A stretch of DNA of 64,000 bases from an uncultured delta proteobacterium (GTDB lineage: Bacteria > Myxococcota_A > Polyangia > Haliangiales > Haliangiaceae). Position numbers and translations under genes: made by a program. The notes beneath the pieces are model-generated. The model ran no database searches and was not told where the DNA came from. It worked only from the letters and a program-made list of their open reading frames with translations. The stretch spans positions 928,001-992,000 of the forward strand of contig CAWKDB010000002.1 in the NCBI GenBank assembly GCA_963848295.1, in the 5' to 3' direction. Below, in pieces: positions 1 through 12,853 of the stretch (position 1 is the stretch's first letter; the number at the start of each line of letters is the position of its first letter).

Positions 1-1710
1 GCGGGCGCCACGGGCGCGACGCCGATATCGCAAAGCAAAAGGCCGCTATCCACCTGGTCGGGGGGGTTGGTCTCAGCATCGCATTTTACGAAGAACGCCT
101 GCTCGGGATTCCCTCCCGAGAGCATCCCCTTGTTATGGAGATCCGACAGGAATGCGACGGTTCGGCTTCTTACGAGGTCCCAGGTCCTGTCGTTGTTTGG
201 CTCGAACGTGATCCATGCGAACCCAGCCTCTAACGACCGCCGTAACATGATGAAAAGACGGCGAACCGAGATGTAGCGCCACTGTGGGTCCGATGACGCG
301 GTGCGCGCCCCCCACGGCCGGACGCCGCGCTGTAGGCGAAAGGTGTTCACCGAGTCGCTATTGAGGATGCCGATGTGGTCTTCGGTGACCCGCAACGCCA
401 GGTCCTGCGCGCCCTCGATCTGGAGGTTCGCGGGAGCGTGGTGGACGCCTTGGAGGTCTTGCCGGGCATAGCAGCCGGCGAGAAACCCCGACGGCGGCAC
501 CGATCGGATCTTGTCGTCGAAGCCGTTCGCCCGCAACCATGGCCAGTAGTACGCGCAGAACGACGAGTCGGTGCGCCGCCGCCAGCGCCGGACCCACTCG
601 ACGTCCTTGCTCTGCGGGATGTCGAGGATGGCGAACCGGTCTTTCTGATTCTCGCAGATCGAGATCATCTGGTCCTGAACGCGTTGTGCCTTGAGCTCGC
701 CGGCCGGGCCCGGCTCGCGATCGTAGAACCGCATCGCGTCGGGCGCGATCAAGATCCCGATCTCGTCGTTCGCCGCGAGGCCGAGCAAACCCAAGCGTTC
801 GCCGGGACCGAAGTCGTGGCCGATGAAGTCCTCCGGCGTGATCGCGACATCGCCGTCGCGACCGCCGCTCAAGCGCGTCATCACGATCGCGTCCGGCATG
901 TTGTGCGGCACCGGCGAGGTCGTCTTGAGATCCTCGACGCGAATCAAGCGCGAGCGTTGCGCGATGAGGGTCGGCGCGTAGTTGCGCGACGACGGATGCA
1001 TCTGCAGGCCCTTGAACACCTCGCGGCGATCTTTCATCGCGACATGGATCTCGAACGTCATGACCTCGAGATAGGTCGGCGCGGCCGCGCGATGACGCCG
1101 ATTGACCGGCGTCGCCGTGCTCCACTTGATGAGCTTGTCGCCGACTTCGCTGATCACGACGTAGTCGGCGTTCTCGCGATCGTAGATCTTGACGAGCGCG
1201 CCGACCTCGAAGCCGCGCGTCTGGTTGAGGTGCGCTTCGCCGGAGCCGATGTCGAGATCGCGAGTCAAGAGCGCCTGCGCGCCGGGCGAGTGGATGCAGC
1301 TTGAACCAGATCGAGTTGCCCCACACGCCCTCGTTGAGGGCGCGGATCTTCACCGACGGCTTGTTCCATGCGTCGTCTTGCACGTGCTCGGCGCACGCGG
1401 CCTGGTCGAGCCCAGCGAGCTCGCCCTTCGCCGGCATATGCGCGACGCGCACGACCCAGCAATCGGTGCCGCCGTTCCTGAAAAAGCCGTACACCGAGTC
1501 CGACGTGTAGGTCTCCGGCGTGTAGCCGAAGATCTCGACGAACTCATCCCAATTGCCGAGCCGAGTCGGCTCGTTCATCGGCCCCTTTTGCGTGACGCCG
1601 ACGAAGCCAGCGACGCGCGTGTTAGCGATCGATAGCGGGGGCGGCGCTACCGAATCGAAGCTCTGGTAGATGCCAGGCGCTCGAGGATCTGCGGACGGTC
1701 GCATACTCAT
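1..1710 (-). CDS. eCIS/phage tail sheath protein 2 (long form); one extra base near 1300; 3' end runs off the window
   Basis: N-term APGIYQ...AGFVGVTQKGPMNEPTRLGNWDEFVEIFG...FFRNGG. Removing one base after WFK gives ...DRFAILD...AYYWPW...PPSG...HHAPAN...WGART..DPQWRYISVRRLFIM...FEPN...AFFVKCD.ETNP, the sheath C-terminal motifs. Confidence 0.9.
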
Positions 1711-1717
1711 GCTTCAG

Positions 1718-1900
1718 CTATCGCCTCCGCGCTTCGTTGATCTCGCGGTTGACCCGCGCGATCTCGCGTAACCACACGTGGCGTTCTTCGTGCTCCATAT
1801 CGAGGATGTCGTCGATCGACCAGTGAAAGTGGTAAGCGATGTAAGCGACTTCTTGGTACAGCTGTTCGCGCGGATAAGTAGCAACCGCCGCCAGGGTCAC
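1718..1900 (-). CDS. DUF6760-like small eCIS protein (possibly the -1 frame extension of the upstream chaperone)
   Basis: YPREQLYQEVAYIAYHFHWSIDDILDMEHEERHVW motif; GTGA overlap with the upstream stop. Confidence 0.8.
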   Translation of the reverse strand: MTLAAVATYPREQLYQEVAYIAYHFHWSIDDILDMEHEERHVWLREIARVNREINEARRR

Positions 1901-2304
1901 CCCGGGCCAGACTGGCCACTACCTCCCTCCTCGGTGATCAAACCACCGGTAACCATATCGACATCCATCTCGGTGCCGCATTTCGGACACGTCACATGGT
2001 GCTTCGGCGCGCCACCCTCTTCGTTGATCTTGCGATAGAACTCCTGCAAGTACGCGAGGTCGGTGGAAAACAGATTCTCGATCATGTCGACCGAGATTCG
2101 CGACTGCTCTCCGATCTTCACGATCACGCGCGACAACAGCACGATCACGAGGTACGCGCGATTGCTCTGTACCCGGTAGTCTTGCAGCGGCAGGATCTCG
2201 TCCCGCGCGGTCGCGAGCCGCATCACACCATCGCGGTGCACATTGCCTTCCTCGTCCACGTACCCGCGCGGCAACCGAAACGAATACTGAGTCTTGAACG
2301 CCAT
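1897..2304 (-). CDS. eCIS/phage tail assembly chaperone-like protein with C-terminal CPKC
   Basis: F.LPRGYVDEEGNVHRDGVMRLATARDEI...DLAYLQEFY..IN...TCPKCG; lies directly after the tube gene. Confidence 0.8.
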   Translation of the reverse strand: MAFKTQYSFRLPRGYVDEEGNVHRDGVMRLATARDEILPLQDYRVQSNRAYLVIVLLSRVIVKIGEQSRISVDMIENLFSTDLAYLQEFYRKINEEGGAPKHHVTCPKCGTEMDVDMVTGGLITEEGGSGQSGPG

Positions 2305-2320
2305 TGAGCCTGTGACCTTT

Positions 2321-2361
2321 CAAAACGAAACGGGCCGCCCTGGTCTCACCAGAGCAGCCCG
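2321..2361 (-). terminator. Intrinsic terminator/attenuator after the tube gene
   Basis: Minus-strand 14-bp stem CGGGCUGCUCUGGU-GAG-ACCAGGGCGGCCCG with two G-U pairs, followed by UUUCGUUUUG. Confidence 0.75.
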
Positions 2362-2385
2362 AATCCTATACGAAACCTACGCGGT

Positions 2386-3315
2386 TTACGCGTCGTAGGT
2401 GTTGAGATGGAACTCCATCTGCTGGACGTATAGCTCGACCGTGAAGCGCGCGATCTTCTCGGAGTTCGCCTCGTGGTCGTCGTGGCCGAACTTCTTGAAG
2501 CCGACGTTCTTCAGCGTGATCTCGCCGAGCTCGTCGGTCATGTTCGGACCGAGGAACACGATGCGGCCGTGAATCTCGTCGCCCTCGAGGTGGTGGCCAT
2601 CGATGAACCACTTCTTCGCGGCCTCCGCCCACTTCTGGTGGTCGGCCTTCGAGATGCTCAGCTTGAGGTCGGGCACCTTGACGTTCGCCGGGTGGTACGT
2701 GTACTCGCGCGTTCCGCCCACCGGGTCCGGCGCAACCGCGCACTTCCAGGTGAACGAGTCGATCGACGACACGCGGTCACACGGCAGGTGCAGCAGCTCG
2801 ATCTTGAAGTTCGAGCACAGCCACGCTTTCTGCTTCGGGCCGATCTTGCCGCGGATGTCTTCGCCGTTGGCCTTGTGCCACCGCACGATCTCGGGCTGGA
2901 ACTCGATGTCGAAGTACGCGGCGTCTTTGCTCGAGCCGTCGAGCTTCGGCACCGTGACGCTCGTGATCAGCGCTTGCTGGAACTCGAGGCGGGTCTGCGC
3001 CTTGTAGTCGAAGTCCGCGGCCGTGAACGCGCCCGACTTCGTGATGTAGCCCTTCTGGAACGCGGCGTTGATCCACTCGTACATGCCGCGGCCCATGCCG
3101 ATACCGACCGAGGCCTTGCCCGGGGTCCACTTGATGTTGGATACGTGCTTCGGCTGGAAGTTATCGGTCGACAGATCGTGGGTCGCGATGTCGGCTTCCA
3201 TGTGGAGACCGCTGAACTTCTTGAGATAGCCGACGTTGTACGCGGCGCCCGCGCTGTCGACCTCGAGCATGAAGCGTCCGCCGGTATAGCTGCGGTTGCT
3301 GTTGTCTAGAGCCAT
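2386..3315 (-). CDS. Phage/eCIS tail tube protein, apparently two tandem T4 gp19-like domains
   Basis: 309 aa; both halves show a tube-like pattern (RF.LEVD...FSGL..E...W...ITSV.VP.LD; NFKIEL...W...G.I.FL...L.NV...VEL.V); lies directly after the sheath. Confidence 0.75.
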   Translation of the reverse strand: MALDNSNRSYTGGRFMLEVDSAGAAYNVGYLKKFSGLHMEADIATHDLSTDNFQPKHVSNIKWTPGKASVGIGMGRGMYEWINAAFQKGYITKSGAFTAADFDYKAQTRLEFQQALITSVTVPKLDGSSKDAAYFDIEFQPEIVRWHKANGEDIRGKIGPKQKAWLCSNFKIELLHLPCDRVSSIDSFTWKCAVAPDPVGGTREYTYHPANVKVPDLKLSISKADHQKWAEAAKKWFIDGHHLEGDEIHGRIVFLGPNMTDELGEITLKNVGFKKFGHDDHEANSEKIARFTVELYVQQMEFHLNTYDA

Positions 3316-3431
3316 TGTCTATTGTCTCCCGTTGTCTCGTGTCACTTGGTGCCGGCCCGGCACGGAGAACCTCGGCGGCTACAACGCTACGCCACCCACC
3401 TCGCGAAGCCTCGCTCCGCCCCGCCTACCTT

Positions 3432-4828
<1,397 letters not shown>

Positions 4829-4832
<4 letters not shown>

Positions 4833-5515
4833 TTCTTGCCGCCTCCGCCGAGATCGAGTCGGCGTGCGCCAAGAAAAGGGTTGCCGTTCGGGCCGGTTTC
4901 AGAGACCCGCGGATCGATGATGGACTTGTATTCGAGTTGGCGCGATTGGACCCGCTTGAACTCCTCGAGCTTCTCCGGAAGGATCGGCACCGCGGTCCAC
5001 GCCTGGACCGCAGGACGCACCGGTTGGCTGAGGCTGCCCCAGAACCGTGCGAGCGTGCCTTCGTCGAGTCGCGCTGACATCAACACGTTGAGCTTGAAGT
5101 CGTCTTCGAACGACGCGCCCTTGAGCTTGTCGTGCGGCAGCTCGGCGTTCTCCATCACCGTGCGGATGATGAGCCCCATCAGCAGCTGCTCGTCTTCCGG
5201 GGTCTGCGCCCAGCAGGAGATCAAGTAATCGAGCCGGACCCATAGCCGGCGCCGGCGAAAATATTCCTTGAGCGTGCCGTCATCCTGCGGGACCTCGACG
5301 AGCTCGGCCGACGGCGTCGAGTCGTAGCCTTCGGGGTCGATCGACAGCTGATACAGGTAGACCGAAACCGCGGGCAGCTTGCCTTCGATCGCATCCGGCT
5401 TCGGCGCCGACTCCACGATGTGGACGCGCTTGTAGCCGTTGCGCTTGAACTCGTCTTGGAACAGCCGAGACAACGTCTCGGACGTCTCCTTGATGATGTG
5501 ATGCTGTGGCGTCAT
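4829..5515 (-). CDS. DUF4255 / Pvc16-Afp16-like tail terminator protein
   Basis: SVYLYQL...LDYLISCWA...EDEQLLMG...FWGSL..P.RPAV; first gene of the eCIS operon. Confidence 0.85.
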
Positions 5516-5598
5516 CCCCGAGTCAGCCGCCGCGATCTTTGACCTCTCTCCTCGTCGGGCTCAAGCCGCATCAGCCGAAATCGCATACGCTTCGCCGG

Positions 5599-5895
5599 GT
5601 GAGACATTTGTTCGTCTGCACGAACGCGCGGGGCAGCGGCAAGCCGACATGTGGGCCGCGCGGAGGTGACGAGCTGGTCGCTGCGGTGCAGCGGGAGTTG
5701 CTCGCGCGCGGGGCGGCGGCGCTGGTCACGCCGTGCGCTTGCCTCGGCCCGTGCTTCGACGGTCCTAACGCGGTCGTGTACCCGGACGCGATCTGGTACG
5801 CGCAGCTCGAGCCCAGCGATGCGCCCGCGTTGGTCGAGCACCTGCTGGCCGGGGTAATCTACGACGCGAAGCGCACGGAGCCGCCCGGCGAGTGA
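5599..5895 (+). CDS. Thioredoxin-like (2Fe-2S) ferredoxin
   Basis: HLFVCTN.R.....C...CLGPCFDGPNAVVYPDAIWY; GTG start inferred. Confidence 0.85.
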   Translation: MRHLFVCTNARGSGKPTCGPRGGDELVAAVQRELLARGAAALVTPCACLGPCFDGPNAVVYPDAIWYAQLEPSDAPALVEHLLAGVIYDAKRTEPPGE

Positions 5896-5898
5896 GCG

Positions 5899-6546
5899 TC
5901 ACGCTTCGGCGATCTTCGCGAGCTCGGTCGTCGACCACGCGGCGACCCCGCGCTCGACCGTCGCATCGAGGTCGTTCGAAATCTCGGCGGTCGTCAGCCA
6001 CGGAAACGAATCGACGAGCGCGCTCGACACGTCGCGGCCGACGCTCGGTGCGATCAGCGCGACATCGATCGCGAGCTCGGCGCGCGATAACAAGTCGAGC
6101 GCGTCCAATGGTGTGCGCGGCGCGATCGGCGTCATGCCCCGCACCGCAAGCTTGACGACGAGGTCGCTGCGGCGGGTTGGCTGATCGTCGAGCACGAGGA
6201 TCGGCCGGCGAGTCGCGGCGCCGAGCGTCGCGGCGATCGCGGCGTCGATCGCGGGGCCCATGCCGGGGTCGAGCCGATCGAACGCGATCGCGACCCGCCA
6301 GCGGCGGTTCGTCGACTCGATCCGCACGGTGCGAGCGCTCGCCCAGCCGGTGCCGGGGCCGAACCGGAGCTCGATGTCGAGCGCCCCGTCGTCGGGCAGC
6401 GCACCGAGTGAGACCAGCGCGCCCTTGCGCGACAGGTTCTCGATCGCGCCGTGTATCGCCCCGTCGTCACCGTGCAACACGGCGACGCCCCGAACCGGAA
6501 TCCGCTGCGCGCGCCGTCGCTCCGACCAACTGGCTGGCTCACCCAT
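5899..6546 (-). CDS. PilZ domain plus degenerate receiver-like domain protein
   Basis: ERRRAQR and NLSRKG PilZ motifs; ILVLDD begins a REC-like domain. Confidence 0.7.
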   Translation of the reverse strand: MGEPASWSERRRAQRIPVRGVAVLHGDDGAIHGAIENLSRKGALVSLGALPDDGALDIELRFGPGTGWASARTVRIESTNRRWRVAIAFDRLDPGMGPAIDAAIAATLGAATRRPILVLDDQPTRRSDLVVKLAVRGMTPIAPRTPLDALDLLSRAELAIDVALIAPSVGRDVSSALVDSFPWLTTAEISNDLDATVERGVAAWSTTELAKIAEA

Positions 6547-6648
6547 TTGTAGCCCTCCGTTCGGGGCGGAGCATACGCTCTTGGGTTGGACGCGGATCGT
6601 AAATTTTCGGAGCGGACCGACGGGAGACGGGGCGGTGGGGAAGTGAGC

Positions 6649-6950
6649 CGAAGAAATTGATCAATTGATCAACAGGCGACAGGCAACAGGCAACTGAAGA
6701 GGTTTGTGCGTGGTCCGGAGCGGCCGAGGGCCGAGGGCCGAGGGCCGAGGGCCGAGGGCCGAGGCCCAAGCCGAGCCCGAGCCGAGCCCGAGCCGAGCCC
6801 GAGCCGAGCCCGACGCGCTGCCTCGGCGATGCTACTGCCAGCCGGGCCGGCGGTCAGGCTCCGAGACCTTCCGTACAACTTCCGCCGCCTCGCGGCGCTC
6901 CACCATTGCCTGTTGCCTGTTGCCTGTTGATCAATTGATCAATTTCTTCG
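6649..6950. repeat. 302-bp element with 45-bp terminal inverted repeats (MITE/REP-like)
   Basis: 6649-6693 and 6906-6950 are reverse complements with one mismatch; each arm has the TTGATCAATTGATCAA palindrome and CAGGCAA-type heptamers. Confidence 0.85.
6722..6814. repeat. Tandem repeats (GGCCGAG)x6 and (CCGAGCCCGAG)x4
   Basis: Read directly: 6722-6763 and 6771-6814 (last unit ends in C). Confidence 0.9.
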
Positions 6951-6954
6951 CACG

Positions 6955-7827
6955 TCAATACGTCAGCAACGCGTCGAGGTGCCGCCGCTCCCACATCTTC
7001 GCCTGGTCGAACTGCTCGTAAAGCGCCTCGTCGGCCATGAACGCCTTGGAGTGGAACTCCCGCCGCCCGTTCTTGACCCGGATATCGTGGACCTGGTGGA
7101 GCATCTCGTGGAACACGATCCATGCGACGAAGTACCGCGGCACGAACGCGCGATCGAGCGATCGATGGATGCGGATCAGCCGGTCCTCGACCGAGTAGCT
7201 GCCCATCTTGATCGAGTTGCGGCGGCGCACCCGGCCGGTACGCTGGCCCCAGGTGATCGCCGCTTCGATCTTGTTGTCGAAGTAGCGCGCGTTGATCTCG
7301 TCATAGAGCATGCGCAGATCGTGATGCTCGCCCGCGGTGAAGATCACCTGCGTCGGCTGGCGGCGCGCCCGGCCGCGAACGTGCCCGGAGTTGGAGTCGA
7401 TGAAATCGCCGAGCACGCGCGACGCCTCGCCGTCGTTGTCGGCGATGTAGTGAGCGAGCGCGCGCGTGATCACCGGATCGGCATCGGCGAACATGTGATG
7501 GAGGCGGACCTCGTAGCGCCGCTCCTTCGGCAGCCGGCGCACCGAGATCATGGTGTAGCGATTGTCGGTCAGCGTGACGGCGACGCGACCGCGCGATAGA
7601 TGGGCGCGGATCCGACGCTCCAAGCTCTCTTGCGCATCCGCGATCTCGTCCGGAATCGCCCCGGCGCGGCGCCGCCGCAGCGCCTCGATCAATCCGGTCG
7701 CGAGGGCGGCCGACACGTCGTCGGCGTCGCTGTCACTGAGGAGGACGGCGCCGCGGTCGCACGGGGCGGAGGTCGCGGTCATGACACTGGCTTGGGCTGG
7801 CCCTCGTTCGGGGAGCGCTTCACTCAA
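6955..7827 (-). CDS. SprT/M48-like zinc metallopeptidase domain protein
   Basis: HEMLH zinc motif, INARYF, GSY...IRIH..LD; GAAGGAG RBS before the TTG start. Confidence 0.75.
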   Translation of the reverse strand: MSEALPERGPAQASVMTATSAPCDRGAVLLSDSDADDVSAALATGLIEALRRRRAGAIPDEIADAQESLERRIRAHLSRGRVAVTLTDNRYTMISVRRLPKERRYEVRLHHMFADADPVITRALAHYIADNDGEASRVLGDFIDSNSGHVRGRARRQPTQVIFTAGEHHDLRMLYDEINARYFDNKIEAAITWGQRTGRVRRRNSIKMGSYSVEDRLIRIHRSLDRAFVPRYFVAWIVFHEMLHQVHDIRVKNGRREFHSKAFMADEALYEQFDQAKMWERRHLDALLTY

Positions 7828-8072
7828 AGGGACAGACTCCTTCTATTAAAGCAGATAGCGAACGGTGGGCACAGCGTGGGCATTTGGGCGAACCTGTGGC
7901 GTCGCGAGCCAACGCGCTGGCTCGTCTGCTGAGACCGCTAACCCCGCCACCGCCGACAGGAAAATGCTATCGCGCGGGCTTGCGATGGATCAAATTCCTG
8001 ACCGTCAGAGGGATCGGATCTGATCGCAACTGCTGGGAAATCTCCTTCTACGGGCCTATCGTGCGGGACCTC

Positions 8073-9852
<1,780 letters not shown>

Positions 9853-9863
<11 letters not shown>

Positions 9864-10755
9864 GCGCCGGCGCGGAGTCGGCGATCGGCTCGGTATCGTT
9901 GATCGGCTCGAGGTCGAGGTAGCGCGTGCCTTTTTCGTCGATCTTGATCATGTCGACGTAGCGGCGATCGAACTCGATCTCGTTCCAGTTCCACACGTAG
10001 CGCGAGTGCACGGTCTGCGCGAGCTGATCGTCGATCGCGGTGAGCGTGACGATCACGTTGATGTTGGTCTCGCGGAGGCTGACCGCGGTGATCCCGTAGA
10101 GCGGGCTCGCCTTGTCGATCGGGTGAACGACGAGGAACGACAGCGCGAATACCGGTGACGTGGTGCGGCGTAGCGGCAAGTCGTAGACCCGGCGGAACCG
10201 CTCGCCGTTCGCGAGCGTCTCTTCGCGCGTCATGTAGAGGTGCGCGGTGGCCTCGACGAGCGCGGTCGTCCGCTCGTTCGCCATCCGGAACTGCAGCGCG
10301 CGTTGGCCGTCGTGGTCGCCGATGATCATCTTGTTCGAGAACAACACGCGCGCCGACGGCGTGGCGAATCGCGCGAAGATCACACCGGTGACGAGCGCGG
10401 TCAGGATGATCGAGAAGAAGCTCTCGCACATCACGACGGTGTTCGACAGCGGATCGGCCGGCGCGAGCACGCCATAGCCGATCGTGCCCATCGTCTGGAC
10501 GCTGAACCAGAAGTCGTCGAGAAACCCGTTCGCGGTGGTCACCGACATGTGACCGACGTACAGCACGGTCGCGAAGATCAGGTTCGCGAGCACGAACACC
10601 ATCGCGAACAGCACGAGCATCCGCGACCACGATGCGGTGCGCGTGAAGTGATACGCGTCGTACGCGAGCGACGACCGGCGAACCCCGCGGCGCTCCATGA
10701 TGAGGCGACCGCGCGAGTCGAGCACGCGCGTTGGAGCTGCAGGTCGCGTAGTCAC
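9853..10755 (-). CDS. KirBac-type inward-rectifier potassium channel
   Basis: FWFSVQTMGTIGYG selectivity filter; FARF; RMANER; VHPIDKASPL. Confidence 0.92.
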
Positions 10756-10788
10756 GGCTGCGCAACGTACACGATCAGCCTCGCAGGT

Positions 10789-11760
10789 TCATGCTCGGGC
10801 CCAGGCTGGCGTCACGTCGAGATCGATTCGCACCCCGCGGCGGATCACCGCGAGCCGGATCGCCGCGCCGGGCTTGCACGTGCGCAACGCGCGATGGAGC
10901 TCGTCGACGCTGGTGATCGCGGCGTCGTCGAACCGGACGATCAGGTCGCCGTCGCGCAACCCGGCCCACTTCGCCGGACTGTTCGGCTCGACGCTCTGGA
11001 CCTCGACCGCCGCCGCTCCCAGCCCGTGGTGATATGCGAGCCGGCGATCGAGCGGCCGGCGCGACGCGCCCAGACCGAGATATGCGCGGCTGACCACGCC
11101 GTGCTGCAACAGCTGACCGAGCACCCACGCCGCGGTCTCGACCGCGACCGCGAAGCCGATGCCCTGCGAGCGCGCGATGATCGCGGTGTTGACGCCGAGC
11201 ACGCGCCCGGACGCGTCGAGCAGGGGTCCGCCCGAATTCCCTGGATTGAGCGGCGCGGTGTGCTGGACGACGCCGTCGATCAGCCGGTTCGTTCGCCCGC
11301 GCAGCGTGCGGCCGAGCGCCGAGACCACGCCGGTCGACACCGTCGATTCGAACCCGAGCGGGTTGCCGATCGCGACCGCGAGCTGGCCGACCTGGGGCGA
11401 GAGCGAGCCGTCGACCGCCAGGTACGCCCCGGTCAGCGCGCTCGCCTCGACCTTGACGACCGCAAGGTCGGTCGCCGGATCGTCGCCGGTGACTTGCGCG
11501 TCGGCGACCTCGCCGGCCGGAGTGCGAACGCGCAGCTGTCGCCCGCCCGCGACGACGTGGCTGTTGGTCATGACGTAACCGTCCGGCGTGACAACGAACC
11601 CGGAGCCCGCGCCCGCCGGTGGTCGACCGCGCGCCCCGCCCGCTTCGATGCTGACGACCGCGGGCCCGGCGATCTTGACGACGCCTATCACCGCGCGCGA
11701 ATACGCATCGAGTAGCTCGGCTTCGTCCGGCGGTGACGCGATCGCCACCGCGGCGGTCAC
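10789..11760 (-). CDS. S1C (HtrA-like) serine protease with PDZ domain, catalytically intact
   Basis: GSG, TNSHVV, DLAV, NPGNSGGPL, C-terminal PDZ. Confidence 0.92.
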   Translation of the reverse strand: MTAAVAIASPPDEAELLDAYSRAVIGVVKIAGPAVVSIEAGGARGRPPAGAGSGFVVTPDGYVMTNSHVVAGGRQLRVRTPAGEVADAQVTGDDPATDLAVVKVEASALTGAYLAVDGSLSPQVGQLAVAIGNPLGFESTVSTGVVSALGRTLRGRTNRLIDGVVQHTAPLNPGNSGGPLLDASGRVLGVNTAIIARSQGIGFAVAVETAAWVLGQLLQHGVVSRAYLGLGASRRPLDRRLAYHHGLGAAAVEVQSVEPNSPAKWAGLRDGDLIVRFDDAAITSVDELHRALRTCKPGAAIRLAVIRRGVRIDLDVTPAWARA

Positions 11761-12665
11761 GCCTTGCTCCCCAGCGTCACGTCGAGCTCGGTGCGTTGAC
11801 CGGCGCGCAGCGCGACGAGCTTCACGGTCTTGCCGGCGCGGTCGCCGAGCGCCTCGCGCAGCGAATGCGGATCTTCGATCGCGGCGCCATCGAGCTCGAT
11901 CAGGAGGTCACCGACCAACAGGCCGGCCGCTGCCGCGGGACCGTCATCATCCAGCGACGCGATGAGCGCGCCGGTCTTGCGTCCGAGCGCTTGCGCGAAA
12001 GCCGCCGGGAGCTCCGCGGGGAATGCGCCTACGCCGAGATAGCCGCGGCGAATGCCACCGTGGGCGACGAGCTCGGCGACGACCCGGCGCAGCGTCACGA
12101 CCGGAATCGCGAGATCGGCGCCGCGCAGCAGCGTGCGCGTGTTCATGCCGATCACCGCGCCGCCGGAATCGATCAAGGGACCGCCGGCGAAGCCACGCGG
12201 GATCTGGCGATCGCTCTCGATGTAGCGCTCGAGCCGGCCGCCATGCGGCGTGCGCTGCTCGGGGCCGAGCACGCCGATCGCGCGCAGCGAGGCGCGAGCG
12301 GCATGACCTGGCCGGCCGATCGCGAGCGCGAAGTTACCGACCGCGAGCCCGGCGTCATCGACGGTCGCCGCCGGGGTCAGCCCGCCGCCCTCCACGCGCA
12401 AGACGGCGACATCGGTGCCGGAATCGCGTCCGATAACGGTCGCTTCGCGAGACTCGAGCGTCCCGTCGGCACCAGGGATGCCGACGCGGGTTCGGTCCGG
12501 AGTGTGAAAGTTGCAGGTCACGACCAGGTCTTGCGACCAGGCGAAGCCGGTACCACCTTGATGGTGGCCGCGGGAGACGTGGATGACCGATGGGGCCACG
12601 GCCGCCACGGCGGCGGCGAGGCCCTGATCGAGGGCGCGAAACGGATCGGGAGCTGGTTGAGCCAT
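11757..12665 (-). CDS. S1C protease paralogue with PDZ domain lacking the catalytic Ser
   Basis: TCNFH and DVAVL present; PRGFAGGPL in place of PGNSGGPL. Confidence 0.8.
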   Translation of the reverse strand: MAQPAPDPFRALDQGLAAAVAAVAPSVIHVSRGHHQGGTGFAWSQDLVVTCNFHTPDRTRVGIPGADGTLESREATVIGRDSGTDVAVLRVEGGGLTPAATVDDAGLAVGNFALAIGRPGHAARASLRAIGVLGPEQRTPHGGRLERYIESDRQIPRGFAGGPLIDSGGAVIGMNTRTLLRGADLAIPVVTLRRVVAELVAHGGIRRGYLGVGAFPAELPAAFAQALGRKTGALIASLDDDGPAAAAGLLVGDLLIELDGAAIEDPHSLREALGDRAGKTVKLVALRAGQRTELDVTLGSKA

Positions 12666-12776
12666 CCCCGCATCGTGCTGCGGACCCGAGCTCGGGGATA
12701 TCCGCCGTTCGGCGAGGACGAACGGAGTTTTTCGAGCAGGTGCGAGGATTCCGCAGCGAGCGAGATCGGCCAGGGC

Positions 12777-12792
12777 CTGCCCATGTGGGCAG
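12777..12792. promoter_or_regulatory. Perfect 7-2-7 inverted repeat, candidate NarL/LuxR-family operator
   Basis: CTGCCCA-TG-TGGGCAG between the divergent protease and LuxR genes; weaker copy at 12701-12716. Confidence 0.45.
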
Positions 12793-12853
12793 CCCGCTCG
12801 GTCTTGACCCGCCCACCTAGCGTGACCATGTTGTCACGACTGAGGTAAGCCCA

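Noticed and set aside
6722..6814. Tandem repeats as a CRISPR array
   Set aside because: Units are 7 and 11 bp with no unique spacers, and there are no cas genes
6539..6930. Short ORFs containing CCLLPVDQLIN / LPVAC (also near 32915-33159)
   Set aside because: Translations of the inverted-repeat arms, not credible proteins
7828..8072. T-box or riboswitch upstream of aspS
   Set aside because: Only small hairpins; no T-box motif or terminator; consistent with a divergent promoter region
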